From positions 8,077 to 72,076 of the IMG/VR virus record IMGVR_UViG_3300035193_000030: a stretch of DNA of 64,000 bases; one strand, written 5' to 3'. Numbering within the stretch: position 1 is the stretch's first letter; every line of letters starts with the position of its first letter. This DNA comes from a virus. The notes beneath the pieces are model-generated. The model was given only the letters and a program-made list of their open reading frames with translations, was not told where the DNA came from and did not search any database. The translations under genes were made by a program, and so were the position numbers. Positions 20,269 to 30,214 of the stretch are shown here, one piece after another.

Positions 20269-20897
20269 GTTCAACATATTTACATAAACGATTTATGGAT
20301 AGAATAGATAAGGATTCTATAAAAGTAATTGTAGAATGTGGAAGTAGAGATTGCTTGGATGCTATTGCACTGCATGATTATTACAATCCAAGAATAGTAT
20401 ATTCTTTTGAGTGTAATCCTGAATGTATCGTATTGTGTGGGGAGAATTTGCAAAAAAATGAAAGAAAAAATATTAAATTAATTACGAAAGCTATTTATGA
20501 TAAAGATGCTAAAGATGTAAATTTCTATGCAACTGATATGATTAACTCAGAGGATAAAAATATAGGGGGTTCTTCTTTACTTTTTCATAGGGATCAAAAG
20601 AAATATATTCAGAAAAAGATACTGGTTAATTGTATGCGATTGGATACTTTTATGACAATAGAGAAGATAAATAAGATTGATTTATTGTGTATGGATTTGC
20701 AAGGGGCTGAATATCTTGCTATACGAGGATTTGGTGATAGAAGTAAAGATATTAAATATATAATTACAGAAATTTCATATCATAGTTACTATCATGGGGA
20801 TAGAAGTTTTTGGCATATGAAATCTTTATTAGAAATTATTGGATTTGTTTTCTTAGTGAGAATTGGAAATAATGCTTTGTTTAAAAATAAGAGGTAA
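20265..20897 (+). CDS. FkbM-family SAM methyltransferase
   Basis: VECGS, FECNP, IDLLCMDLQGAE, IITE. Confidence 0.88.
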   Translation: MSSTYLHKRFMDRIDKDSIKVIVECGSRDCLDAIALHDYYNPRIVYSFECNPECIVLCGENLQKNERKNIKLITKAIYDKDAKDVNFYATDMINSEDKNIGGSSLLFHRDQKKYIQKKILVNCMRLDTFMTIEKINKIDLLCMDLQGAEYLAIRGFGDRSKDIKYIITEISYHSYYHGDRSFWHMKSLLEIIGFVFLVRIGNNALFKNKR

Positions 20898-21721
20898 TGA
20901 TAGATTTTATTACAGGGGAAAAGTTTATTAGTATTGCAGATCATGTATTCTCAATCGATGATCAAAAGGAATGTAATTATATAAAAAATACTTTTGGGAA
21001 TAAGAGAGTAATGCAGAATGATATTATCTATACTCATACTAAATATGTAGGTGAATTGTTTAAAGAAATTGGAAAACTTTTAGTAGACGTTATTGTAATT
21101 ACCCATAATTCAGATACAAATGTAGGGTATCAATTTGTTGTGCCGGAAAATGTAAAAAAGTGGTATACAATGAATGTTATCTGTGTAAATGATAAAATAC
21201 AATCTATCCCTATTGGTTTGGAAAATGATAAATGGTTTCCAAGAATAAAGAAGAAAGAGAAGATGATTGAGAAGATGAAAGAAAGAAAACAAACAAAAGG
21301 ATTATTGTATGTAAACCATAATATCAATACTAATCCAATTGAACGAAAAAAAGTGTATCATGTGTTTGAAGGGAAATGTAAATGTTGGTGTACAATTGAA
21401 CATGGGGTAAATGGGAAAGGGTTTGAAGGATATATAGATAACGTATATAATCATTATTTTGTAGCTTGCCCGGAAGGAAACGGCATAGATACGGTTCGTT
21501 TGTGGGAAACATTATATATGAATACTATTCCGATTGTTAAGAAAAATATAAATACAGATTACTATAAGGATTTTCCAATTTGTTTTATTAATAATTGGGA
21601 AGATGTTAATGAAGAATTTCTTATAGGCGAATATAGTAAGATAAAGGGTAAAACGTGGGACTATAATAAATTATTATTTAATTATTGGAAAAAATTGATA
21701 CAGGATGAAAAATATAAATAA
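20897..21721 (+). CDS. Exostosin/GT47-like glycosyltransferase
   Basis: ITHNSD, IPIG, FVACPEGNGIDTVRLWETLY...IPIV. Confidence 0.8.
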   Translation: MIDFITGEKFISIADHVFSIDDQKECNYIKNTFGNKRVMQNDIIYTHTKYVGELFKEIGKLLVDVIVITHNSDTNVGYQFVVPENVKKWYTMNVICVNDKIQSIPIGLENDKWFPRIKKKEKMIEKMKERKQTKGLLYVNHNINTNPIERKKVYHVFEGKCKCWCTIEHGVNGKGFEGYIDNVYNHYFVACPEGNGIDTVRLWETLYMNTIPIVKKNINTDYYKDFPICFINNWEDVNEEFLIGEYSKIKGKTWDYNKLLFNYWKKLIQDEKYK

Positions 21722-22295
21722 CACATATATTGATTTAATTCCAGATGAATCTAAAGAGTCTTATTTACTTTGGGAAAAAGGAAGAGATACAATCGCTTTT
21801 AGTTCACATCAACCCGTACTTATTCATTTACTGAATACAATAAAGAAAGGAGATGTTTTAGAATTTGGGATGGGGGAAAATAGTACAAGAATACTACATA
21901 CTATATGTGGGATGCAAGGAAGAAGATTGATTTCAATTGATACGAATAAGAAATGGTTTTCTAAATTTAAAAAGTATGAGAGGGAATGGCATGAAATGAA
22001 ATTATTTGATGTTGATGATTTGAAGACATGGGAAGATTTATTATTTAAAACATATTACTCAATAGTATTTATAGATGGGGCTCCTGCGGAAGTTAGACAG
22101 CCATTTATAGAACACATAAATGCAGATTATTATATTGTACATGATACAGAAGGTGTAGTGAAAGGAAAAATGGATGCATATTTATATAATTTTTCAAAAT
22201 TTAACCATGTGTTCCATTTTAAAACAAAACCGCCAATGACTTCTGTTTTATCAAATTTAGAAGAGATAAATAAAGAAATTTTAAATATTTTTTAA
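21705..22295 (+). CDS. Class I SAM methyltransferase (polysaccharide O-methyltransferase-like)
   Basis: VLEFGMGENST, SID, VFIDG, IVHDT. Confidence 0.75.
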   Translation: MKNINNTYIDLIPDESKESYLLWEKGRDTIAFSSHQPVLIHLLNTIKKGDVLEFGMGENSTRILHTICGMQGRRLISIDTNKKWFSKFKKYEREWHEMKLFDVDDLKTWEDLLFKTYYSIVFIDGAPAEVRQPFIEHINADYYIVHDTEGVVKGKMDAYLYNFSKFNHVFHFKTKPPMTSVLSNLEEINKEILNIF

Positions 22296-22297
22296 GA

Positions 22298-23551
22298 ATG
22301 AAAACAATTGTATTGGTTCTGCGAAGTGGAGGGGATTTTAAATTTTGTGATGTTTTACTAATTAAACACCACATTTTAAAAAATTGGGGAAAAGGTAAAC
22401 CGAGAATAATTTGTTTCTGGGATAAAGCTTCTATAAAATATGATTTAGGAGATATAGAAATAATACCATTAGAAACAAAATTACGAGGGACATGGTCTAG
22501 GATGTTATTATATAGCCCTGAAATGGAACAATATAAACCATTTCTGTATTTAGACTTAGACACAGCCGTTTTTGGAAAATTACAAGATTTAATAGGATTT
22601 GTTGAAGCTCATTATAAAGATAAATTTATTGCATTAGAAGATTTTTATCAGAAAAATAGATTAGCTACTGGAATTGTTTGGTTTCCCGCAAATTGCAGTA
22701 AAACAAAAAAAGTTTGGCAATTTTGGTGTAAACGAGGAAATGCTGCAGGAAATAGAATGGATTATTTTCTGAGGAAGATACTAAAACCAGATTTATTTTG
22801 GCAGAATATAACAAACAGAATCTATGATTTTAAACCACACAATACGATATTAAAGGTATTACCAGAGGATACTTTATTAATTTGTTTCCATGGAAAGCCA
22901 AGAATATTTAATGCTAATGTAGATTGGGTAAAGAAATATGTGGATGATTGTTTTATTAGTTATAAGATAACTGTAATAATCCCATATAAAGAAGATAGGG
23001 GGTGGTTGGAAGCAGCAATAAGGAGTGTCCCTGCCAATGTTCAATTATTAATATCACAAGGAGAAGGAAATTGGCCTGAAAATTTTAATAAAGTTCTACC
23101 ACAGGTACAAGGGAAATATGTTAAATTCTTACATGAAGATGATATGCTTACTGAAAATTGTATTGAGGATTCTGTGAGAACTATTGAGGAACAAGATGTA
23201 GATTTTATACATGGGAATGCCGTAGAAAAGTATATGAAAGGGGGGTATGGGAAATATATTCCTTCTATTAAACGGCCTACTATTTCTGATCTTATGAAAA
23301 AAAATGTAATTCATAGTGTTACTTTAATGTATAAGAAAGAGATCTTTGACAAGATTGGAGGATTTGATGAAACATTAAATACACAAGAAGAATATGAGTT
23401 TAATTTACGATGCTTAAAAGCAGGGTTTAAAATAGGATATTGTGATTGTGAATTGGGTATTTATCGAAGACACCCAAAGCAAAAAGTACGGATTGTGTCA
23501 AAACAAGATAAGGTAAAAGAAAAAGAACTTGTAAATGAAAAATATTCGTGA
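22298..23551 (+). CDS. Two-domain glycosyltransferase (GT8-like plus GT2)
   Basis: LYLDLDT and CFHGKP in the N-domain; TVIIPY, FLHEDD, GGFDE in the C-domain. Confidence 0.85.
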   Translation: MKTIVLVLRSGGDFKFCDVLLIKHHILKNWGKGKPRIICFWDKASIKYDLGDIEIIPLETKLRGTWSRMLLYSPEMEQYKPFLYLDLDTAVFGKLQDLIGFVEAHYKDKFIALEDFYQKNRLATGIVWFPANCSKTKKVWQFWCKRGNAAGNRMDYFLRKILKPDLFWQNITNRIYDFKPHNTILKVLPEDTLLICFHGKPRIFNANVDWVKKYVDDCFISYKITVIIPYKEDRGWLEAAIRSVPANVQLLISQGEGNWPENFNKVLPQVQGKYVKFLHEDDMLTENCIEDSVRTIEEQDVDFIHGNAVEKYMKGGYGKYIPSIKRPTISDLMKKNVIHSVTLMYKKEIFDKIGGFDETLNTQEEYEFNLRCLKAGFKIGYCDCELGIYRRHPKQKVRIVSKQDKVKEKELVNEKYS

Positions 23552-24248
23552 GAAATTACATATGCCTATATTGGTTACAGGAGTAGAACGATCAGGTATT
23601 TCTATTGTTGCGAGGATATTGCATAGATGTGGAGTATTTACGGGGGGGGTAACAGAAATGTTTGAAAATAATGAATTACGAAAGTTGACAAATAGATATT
23701 ATGAGCATATGCAGATACCGATAGAAGGGCAATATCCATTACCAGATACTAATAATGTATTGATTCCTGTAAATTGGGAAGAAGATGTTTTAGAATCTAT
23801 GATAATGCAAGGATATGATACATCTTCTTATTGGATGTATAAAAGTTCTAGAATTTGTCAAATATGGCCTATTTGGAATTATGCTTTCCCAAATGCAAAA
23901 TGGGTTATAGTACGAAGAAGAACAGGAGATATTATCAATTCCTGCGTTAGAACTGGTTTTATGAAAGCATTTAAAGATGAACGAATAAGAAATAAAATAA
24001 ATGTAAAAAAAGAAGAAGAAGGTTGGTTATGGTGGATACACAACCATGAAAAATTATTTGTAGAAATGATTGAAGAAGGTGTGAATTGTAAGATTGTGTG
24101 GCCTGAAAGAATGTTATATGGAGACTATTCTCAGATATATGACTTGCTGGATTGGGTGGGGGTTCAATGGAAGAAGGAATTAATAGAAGAAGTAGAATCA
24201 TTATTATGTAAAACAAAAAATAAAAAGAATAAATCATGGCACGGGTAA
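23535..24248 (+). CDS. Sulfotransferase-family protein
   Basis: ILVTGVERSG (PAPS-binding-like loop), W..K, FPNAKWVIVRR..DIINS. Confidence 0.7.
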   Translation: MKNIREKLHMPILVTGVERSGISIVARILHRCGVFTGGVTEMFENNELRKLTNRYYEHMQIPIEGQYPLPDTNNVLIPVNWEEDVLESMIMQGYDTSSYWMYKSSRICQIWPIWNYAFPNAKWVIVRRRTGDIINSCVRTGFMKAFKDERIRNKINVKKEEEGWLWWIHNHEKLFVEMIEEGVNCKIVWPERMLYGDYSQIYDLLDWVGVQWKKELIEEVESLLCKTKNKKNKSWHG

Positions 24249-24607
24249 CAACAGAAGAAGTAAAAGAAATTATTAGTACAGATTTAGAAGATATTATAAT
24301 TGATGTATATATTACTGGGGCAAATCAAATCGTATCTTCCAAATTAGCTAATAGTGGTTTATCTACAGCAACGTTGAAAGAAATAGAACGCTGGTTAACA
24401 GCACATATGATTGCTAATACAAAGAATAGAATGACCGTGAAAGAGAAATTAGGGGAAGCTTCTATAGAATATATAGTAGGAAAATATGGAAGTGGTTTAT
24501 CTTCCACTCCTTACGGTCAGACAGTTTTATTGTTAGATACTTCTGGAATATTGGGTTCTTCGGGGAAAAGAGCAGCTTCTATTACTGCAATACGTAGTTT
24601 TGATTAA
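24236..24607 (+). CDS. Head-tail adaptor
   Basis: IERWLTAH, LSSTPYGQ..LLLDTSG. Confidence 0.75.
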   Translation: MARVTTEEVKEIISTDLEDIIIDVYITGANQIVSSKLANSGLSTATLKEIERWLTAHMIANTKNRMTVKEKLGEASIEYIVGKYGSGLSSTPYGQTVLLLDTSGILGSSGKRAASITAIRSFD

Positions 24608-24619
24608 AAATTTGAAATA

Positions 24620-25009
24620 ATGAGTATAATAGATTTTATAGCAGAAAAATGTGTCCAAACAGCCGTATATTGGGGAAATCCTCAAAACGATGGTAGTGGA
24701 GGATTGATATTTGATGATCCTATAGAAATAAATTGTATGTGGGAGGATGTTATACGACAAGTGGAAGATAAATCTGTAAAGGATACAGCAGAGATATTTG
24801 TATCAAAATCTCAGGTATTTGTCTTACAAGATGTAGATGAGGGGGGGTACTTATATCTTGGTACTCTTGATGACTTGTATGATGTTGCAGAAAGCAGTAC
24901 TACTACATTAGATCCATTAGGGATAAAAGAAGCGTATATGATACGAAAAAAAGGGAAGATTCCCAGATTAGGTTCTTCTACTGAATTTATAAGAATGGCT
25001 TATTTATAA
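24620..25009 (+). CDS. Head closure protein
   Basis: QTAVYW...DGSGG..FDDPIEINC.W; position. Confidence 0.7.
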   Translation: MSIIDFIAEKCVQTAVYWGNPQNDGSGGLIFDDPIEINCMWEDVIRQVEDKSVKDTAEIFVSKSQVFVLQDVDEGGYLYLGTLDDLYDVAESSTTTLDPLGIKEAYMIRKKGKIPRLGSSTEFIRMAYL

Positions 25010-25023
25010 AAAAGAATAAAAAG

Positions 25024-25434
25024 ATGGCATATACAAATATAAAAGGATTTGATAAGGTGCTTAGAAATTTAAGTAGGGAAATACAGCAGATAAAAGGCAA
25101 TTCTATGCAAGGGTTAATTGAATCTGCGGCACTTATTCGTAGAGATATGGATAAAACTCCCCCAGTGATTCCGGTAGATACAAATCATTTGCGAGGATCA
25201 TATTATTCCCAACCTATTTATAGTGGAAGAAGAATGGGGGTGATAATGGGGTTTACAGCAAATTACGCAATGATTGTACATGAAAGAGTAGAAGGGGCTA
25301 AATGGGGAAGTGGTGTTGTGGGTGTTGTTCGTTGGAGCAGGCCAGGAAGTGGGCCTAAATTTTTTGAAGCATCAATAAAAAGAAATAAAGGAAATATTTT
25401 AGCTATAATTGCAAAAAGGGCAAAAGTTAGATGA
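25024..25434 (+). CDS. HK97 gp10-like neck/tail-completion protein
   Basis: PVDTNHLRGS, ANYAMIVHE, PKFFE. Confidence 0.8.
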   Translation: MAYTNIKGFDKVLRNLSREIQQIKGNSMQGLIESAALIRRDMDKTPPVIPVDTNHLRGSYYSQPIYSGRRMGVIMGFTANYAMIVHERVEGAKWGSGVVGVVRWSRPGSGPKFFEASIKRNKGNILAIIAKRAKVR

Positions 25435-25829
25435 ATGCAACAAGTGTAGATATAAAAGATATATTGGAACAAGATAGTTTTTTAGGTTTAGTATATGCAG
25501 ATAATCTTTTTATAGGGTTAGAACCTAATGAACCGATTAATTGTGTTGTTATTTTTGATACACCTGGATTTCCCCCTCAATTAACACTAGATAAGGTTGC
25601 AACAATTTATGAGTACCCATCTGTACAGGTGAGGGTAAGAAATTCAAATTATATTGATGGTTGGAATTTGATACAAAGCATAATGACTTCATTACATGGC
25701 CGGGCGCAAGAGACATGGAATGGAACATTATATTCTGTTATTTACTGCTCTAGTGGCCCTGCCTTGCTAGATTGGGATGATAACAGACGTCCACGTTTTA
25801 TTGCTAATTTTAATATACAAAGGAGGTAA
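25431..25829 (+). CDS. Tail terminator protein
   Basis: FIGLEP, YPSVQVRVR, DDNRRPRF..NF. Confidence 0.75.
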   Translation: MNATSVDIKDILEQDSFLGLVYADNLFIGLEPNEPINCVVIFDTPGFPPQLTLDKVATIYEYPSVQVRVRNSNYIDGWNLIQSIMTSLHGRAQETWNGTLYSVIYCSSGPALLDWDDNRRPRFIANFNIQRR

Positions 25830-25832
25830 AAG

Positions 25833-26273
25833 ATGAGTACAAATGCTTTTGCTGGTGTTGGAACTAAGTTTCGGAGATGGAGTACAAGTGAAGGAGAATG
25901 GGAAGACATTGCCGAGATCAATTCCATTACCGGGCCTGGCATGTCCAGGGATACGATAGATGTAACCTCTTTGGATTCAACAGGGGGTTATCGTGAATTT
26001 ATCACAGGGTTTCGTAATCCAGGAACAATCACTTTGGCTATGAACTTTTCACGGGTTACATATGATCTGATGAAAGCGGATTTTGAAAGTGATACGTTGC
26101 AGAATTATGAGATAATTCTACCTGATGTTGAAGAAACTACATTGGAATTTGAAGGCTTAGTTACTGAATTGCCTTTAAGCATCCCACCAGATGATAAGGT
26201 GACGGCTGATGTGACAATTCAGATAAGTGGTCAGGTGACAATCAATAGTGGTTCTGCAGCATCGGTTGTTTAA
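25833..26273 (+). CDS. Major tail tube protein
   Basis: ITGPGMSRDTIDVTSLDSTGGYREFITG, ISG C-terminus; SD aggagg. Confidence 0.9.
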   Translation: MSTNAFAGVGTKFRRWSTSEGEWEDIAEINSITGPGMSRDTIDVTSLDSTGGYREFITGFRNPGTITLAMNFSRVTYDLMKADFESDTLQNYEIILPDVEETTLEFEGLVTELPLSIPPDDKVTADVTIQISGQVTINSGSAASVV

Positions 26274-26280
26274 AATTTTA

Positions 26281-26306
26281 ATATGCCTAATCAGGGTATA
26301 TCTTTA
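26281..26306 (+). terminator. Hairpin after tail tube gene
   Basis: atatgcc-taatcag-ggtatat; loop TAATCA shared with the post-MCP hairpin. Confidence 0.4.
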
Positions 26307-26342
26307 TAAAAATAATTATTAATAATTAAAAAAATTAATTAA

Positions 26343-26786
26343 ATGGTATTCATGTCAAAGCAAACAAAAGGTATTTTGAATAGGGAACAACTATTGCAAA
26401 AGAGAGTATTAAAAATTGAAAAAGTAAGTTTAGAAGATGGTAATTTTATTTATGTAAGACAGATGACCGGGACTGAACGAGATACTTTTGAACATTCCAT
26501 TATGGAAGTGAAAAGGGAAAACAATAATATTCGTATAGAACAGAAGACAGAATATTTTCGTTCTAAGTTGGCCGTAGTTACGATATGTGATGAAAAAGGA
26601 GAATTATTATTAAAACCGGATGATTATAAAACGCTGAGTGATAGTATTAGTGCAAAAGATTTAGAATCTATTGTAAATGCTGCTCAAAAATTGAATAAAA
26701 TTTCTCCAGAAGATAAGGAGGAAATAGTAAAAAACTTAGGAGCCGGCCTGACCGGCAATTCTACTTCCGTCTCTGTAGGGAATTAG
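26343..26786 (+). CDS. Tail assembly chaperone (gpG-like)
   Basis: YVRQMTGTERD, CDEKGELL; between tube and tape measure genes. Confidence 0.85.
   Translation: MVFMSKQTKGILNREQLLQKRVLKIEKVSLEDGNFIYVRQMTGTERDTFEHSIMEVKRENNNIRIEQKTEYFRSKLAVVTICDEKGELLLKPDDYKTLSDSISAKDLESIVNAAQKLNKISPEDKEEIVKNLGAGLTGNSTSVSVGN
26729..26756 (+). promoter_or_regulatory. -1 programmed frameshift signal
   Basis: In-frame A AAA AAC (26729-26735), 6-nt spacer, GCCGG-cctga-CCGGC hairpin; the -1 frame is open into the 26816 ORF. Confidence 0.85.
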
Positions 26787-26815
26787 GAATAATACACCCT
26801 GATTTTCTATTAGAT

Positions 26816-27139
26816 GTGCTTACGGCAGAACAATTGGCTGAGTGGGAGGCTTATGATAAGATTGATCCAATTGGTATGTGGCGTATAGAGTATAATGTTG
26901 CTAATTTGTGTGCTAACATGATAAATATTGCAAATGCTATTTATACTAAGAAAGGGCACAAACCTAAAATAAGTTCCCCCGTTGATTTTATGCCTGACTG
27001 GGCGGGGGATTTAGCAAGATTTAAAGAAAGAAAGAAACAAACGGTAGAAGAGCAAAAAGCAATATTATTAGGAATTGCAGCAAATAGTAGAAATAATAAG
27101 ACGTTTAGGAGCAGAAAAGAACTAAAAAAAGGTAAATAA
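26816..27139 (+). CDS. C-terminal (gpT-like) part of the frameshifted chaperone gpGT
   Basis: -1 frame reads LRSRPDRQFYFRLCRELGIIHPDFLLDVLTAEQLAEWEAYD...DFMP. Confidence 0.8.
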   Translation: MLTAEQLAEWEAYDKIDPIGMWRIEYNVANLCANMINIANAIYTKKGHKPKISSPVDFMPDWAGDLARFKERKKQTVEEQKAILLGIAANSRNNKTFRSRKELKKGK

Positions 27140-27140
27140 A

Positions 27141-30100
27141 ATGAATCTAGGGACTTTATATGCCTCATTAGTGGTAGACGCAACTGGGTTGTTGAAAGCT
27201 GAACAAAAGATGAAACAATTCCAACAAAGTGCCATGCAGAATTTTAATATGGTACAGAAAAGGTTGGAAAGCACATCTCAAAGTCTTAAACAATTTGGGC
27301 ATGAAGCTACCCGTGCTTTCACATTACCAATAGCATTGGCCGGTGGGGTTGCTGTAAAAACGTTTACTAATTATGAAACAGCACTAGCACATATTGTTGG
27401 ATTAACAGGAACATCTGCTAAATTGACAATGCAATGGAGTGAGGAGCTGCAAAAATTAGGTTCGTCAATGGGACAGACCCCTCAGAAATTAGCAGATGCC
27501 CTTTATTTTATTGCCTCTTCTGGTATTGAAGATGCTTATGCAATGGATGTACTTACGGAATCAGCTAAAGCTGCTACTGCCGGATTAGGGGAAGTGGCGG
27601 ATATAGCTGATTTGGTTACAGGGGCTTTGAATGCTTACGGGCCTGAAAATATTACGGCTGCACAAACAGTAGATGCTTTAACAGCAGCAGTAAGGGAAGG
27701 GAAGGCAGAAGCAACAGAAATGGCTCATGCTATTGGTTTTGTTATTCCAAATGCGGCACAGATGGGAATTTCATTTGATCAAGTTGCGGCTTCATTAGCT
27801 GCAATGACTGCAGTTAATATTAAAACAAATACAGCAGCATGGTATCTGCGACAAATATTAATGAATTTGTTGAAACCTTCACAACAGGCTGAGGATGCTT
27901 TATCATCATTTGGGACTAGTAGTGCCCATTTACGAGATGTAATAAAAGAACCAAATGGTTTATTGAAGGCTTTAGGGGAAATAAATGATCTTACTGTAAA
28001 ATTTGGGGAAGATGCAGTTGCAAAAGTATTTCCAGAGGTAAGGGCATTAACTGGATTTCTAGCTTTAATGGGAAAGAATTTAGAACATAATAAACTTATA
28101 TTTGATTTGGTTGCTAATTCGGCAGGTGATACAGATTATGCTTTTAATGTGGTTTCAGAAACTTTAAAATTCCAATTTAATCAAGCTGTAAGTGATTTAC
28201 GAATTGGATTAATTGCATTAGGGAAAAGTATGAAAGAATCTCTTATTCCAATAATACAAGGATTTAGAGAGCAAATAATGAAGCTTACGGAATGGTATAC
28301 TAATTTAACTGAAACACAGCAAAAATGGATTTTACGAATAGGCGCATTATTAGCGATTATAGGACCCGTTTCTATTGCTTTAGGCACATTACTAAGTATT
28401 TTTGCACGATTAATTCCTGTTATCAGTGCTATAACATCTACAGTAACTTTATTAATTTCTACATTGGCTGTGAATCCTTTTGTAGCTTTAGGTTTAGCTT
28501 TAGCAACTTTAACAGCATATATGATTTCGTATAAAGGAAGTTTATTTTCTGCAAGAGATGCTCAAAAAGAGTTTAATAATGAAATAGAAAAGTTTCAAAA
28601 ACAAAGACAAGATATTACATATAATAAGAGTGCAGAGCAGATTAAAAAATTGATAGGTGTTTATACAGAATTAGGAAAAACGCAATTGGAAATTCTTTCA
28701 ACAAATATTAAAAAACAAATAGATTTATTTCAAAGTTCTGGAGCTGATATTATTGCCTTAAAAAAAGCAGAACAAAAAAAATTAAAAGAATTAGAAGAAC
28801 AGTATACAGTTGCATTAGGTATTGAAAATAGTTTACGATTTAGTGATAGACGTAAAGAATTTCGTGAAGCTGAGGAAATAACAAAAAAATATGTGGCTAA
28901 AATAAATGAACAGAAAAAACAGTTATATGAAATAGGGTATCAACAATTTGCAAATGATAAAGAATTACAAGAATATGAGAATGCTTACAAAAGGGTCATT
29001 GAAAGAATAGAAAAGTTACAAAAAAATATTTTGTCTGAAGGGGGAAATATAAAACCAATATATACAGAGGCTCAATTAGACGTATTAAAAAAATTAGAGG
29101 AAGGAGAAAAGACACTTTCAATTTTAAGTAGATTATTAGGTAGTGATTTTGATTATTTGACAGAACGTAGCAATTTATTGAATGCTATTCTTAGAGAGAT
29201 GGCTGAAGCAAGATTCCCTGAATTAGATAAAAATATGGTAAATACTAAAAATGAGATTAAAGATTTAAATAAACAAATAAGTATAGAATATGAAACATTA
29301 AAGAAATTAGGAAAAGAATTACAAGGGTTACAAACAGTTGAATTTGTTACAGGTAAAAGTACAGGGGCAGAACAATTACAAGCTTATAAAAAAACATTGG
29401 AAGAATTGGCTGTAGCTGGTAATCTTTCCGTATGGTCAATGATATATTTGTCAAACCAAATAGCAATGTTGGAATCACAATTTGGGGAAACGGCACAAGC
29501 ACAAAAAGAATTAAATGAACAATGGAAGAGAGTTGGGTTAGGGCTTGGTACTTCATTAGCAGATCAATATCAGATAATCTATGAGAAAATACAATTAATA
29601 AATTCCCAAATTGATCTATTGAAAAGTAAAGAATTTATTACTACAAAAGATATTGAGGATATAGAAAAATATAATAGTCAGCTTAAGAATTTGGAGGCAC
29701 AATTACAAGCATTAGATTTACAAAAGCAAGTATTTCAGATAATTGGACAATCTATTGTGCAGATGACAGATCAGATGGGGAGTGCCCTTGCTGAGGGGGC
29801 TAGTGTTTTTGATGTTTTTGCTGAATCAATTTTAAGTACAGCACAGAAAGTAATACAAACATTACTTATGGAAGCAATAGCTACATTATACCTTACAGGA
29901 GCATCAAAAGGATTGCTCGGATTAGCTGCTGCTTCTATAGGAGTTAGTTTTCTATTAGCATCATTTAAAAAGTTGAGGTCACAAACACAAGAAGTTGCTA
30001 AAATGGCTGGTGGAGGAAAAGTTCCACCGGGATATCCAAATGATACATATCCAGCATTATTATCTTCTGGTGAGGTGGTAACCCCCCCTGACAAATTAGA

Positions 30101-30212
30101 TTCACTTATTGGTAGGGCTCATATTACGGTGGAAGTTGTAGGGGTGGCTAAAGGGGAAGATTTACATTATGTAATGAAACAGGTTGAAAAACGTTATAAA
30201 AATAGCTTCTAA
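27141..30212 (+). CDS. Tape measure protein
   Basis: NLGTLYASL start, Ala-rich TP901-type domain, coiled coil, MAGGG..PP..LSSGEVV end. Confidence 0.93.
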   Translation: MNLGTLYASLVVDATGLLKAEQKMKQFQQSAMQNFNMVQKRLESTSQSLKQFGHEATRAFTLPIALAGGVAVKTFTNYETALAHIVGLTGTSAKLTMQWSEELQKLGSSMGQTPQKLADALYFIASSGIEDAYAMDVLTESAKAATAGLGEVADIADLVTGALNAYGPENITAAQTVDALTAAVREGKAEATEMAHAIGFVIPNAAQMGISFDQVAASLAAMTAVNIKTNTAAWYLRQILMNLLKPSQQAEDALSSFGTSSAHLRDVIKEPNGLLKALGEINDLTVKFGEDAVAKVFPEVRALTGFLALMGKNLEHNKLIFDLVANSAGDTDYAFNVVSETLKFQFNQAVSDLRIGLIALGKSMKESLIPIIQGFREQIMKLTEWYTNLTETQQKWILRIGALLAIIGPVSIALGTLLSIFARLIPVISAITSTVTLLISTLAVNPFVALGLALATLTAYMISYKGSLFSARDAQKEFNNEIEKFQKQRQDITYNKSAEQIKKLIGVYTELGKTQLEILSTNIKKQIDLFQSSGADIIALKKAEQKKLKELEEQYTVALGIENSLRFSDRRKEFREAEEITKKYVAKINEQKKQLYEIGYQQFANDKELQEYENAYKRVIERIEKLQKNILSEGGNIKPIYTEAQLDVLKKLEEGEKTLSILSRLLGSDFDYLTERSNLLNAILREMAEARFPELDKNMVNTKNEIKDLNKQISIEYETLKKLGKELQGLQTVEFVTGKSTGAEQLQAYKKTLEELAVAGNLSVWSMIYLSNQIAMLESQFGETAQAQKELNEQWKRVGLGLGTSLADQYQIIYEKIQLINSQIDLLKSKEFITTKDIEDIEKYNSQLKNLEAQLQALDLQKQVFQIIGQSIVQMTDQMGSALAEGASVFDVFAESILSTAQKVIQTLLMEAIATLYLTGASKGLLGLAAASIGVSFLLASFKKLRSQTQEVAKMAGGGKVPPGYPNDTYPALLSSGEVVTPPDKLDSLIGRAHITVEVVGVAKGEDLHYVMKQVEKRYKNSF

Positions 30213-30214
30213 AA

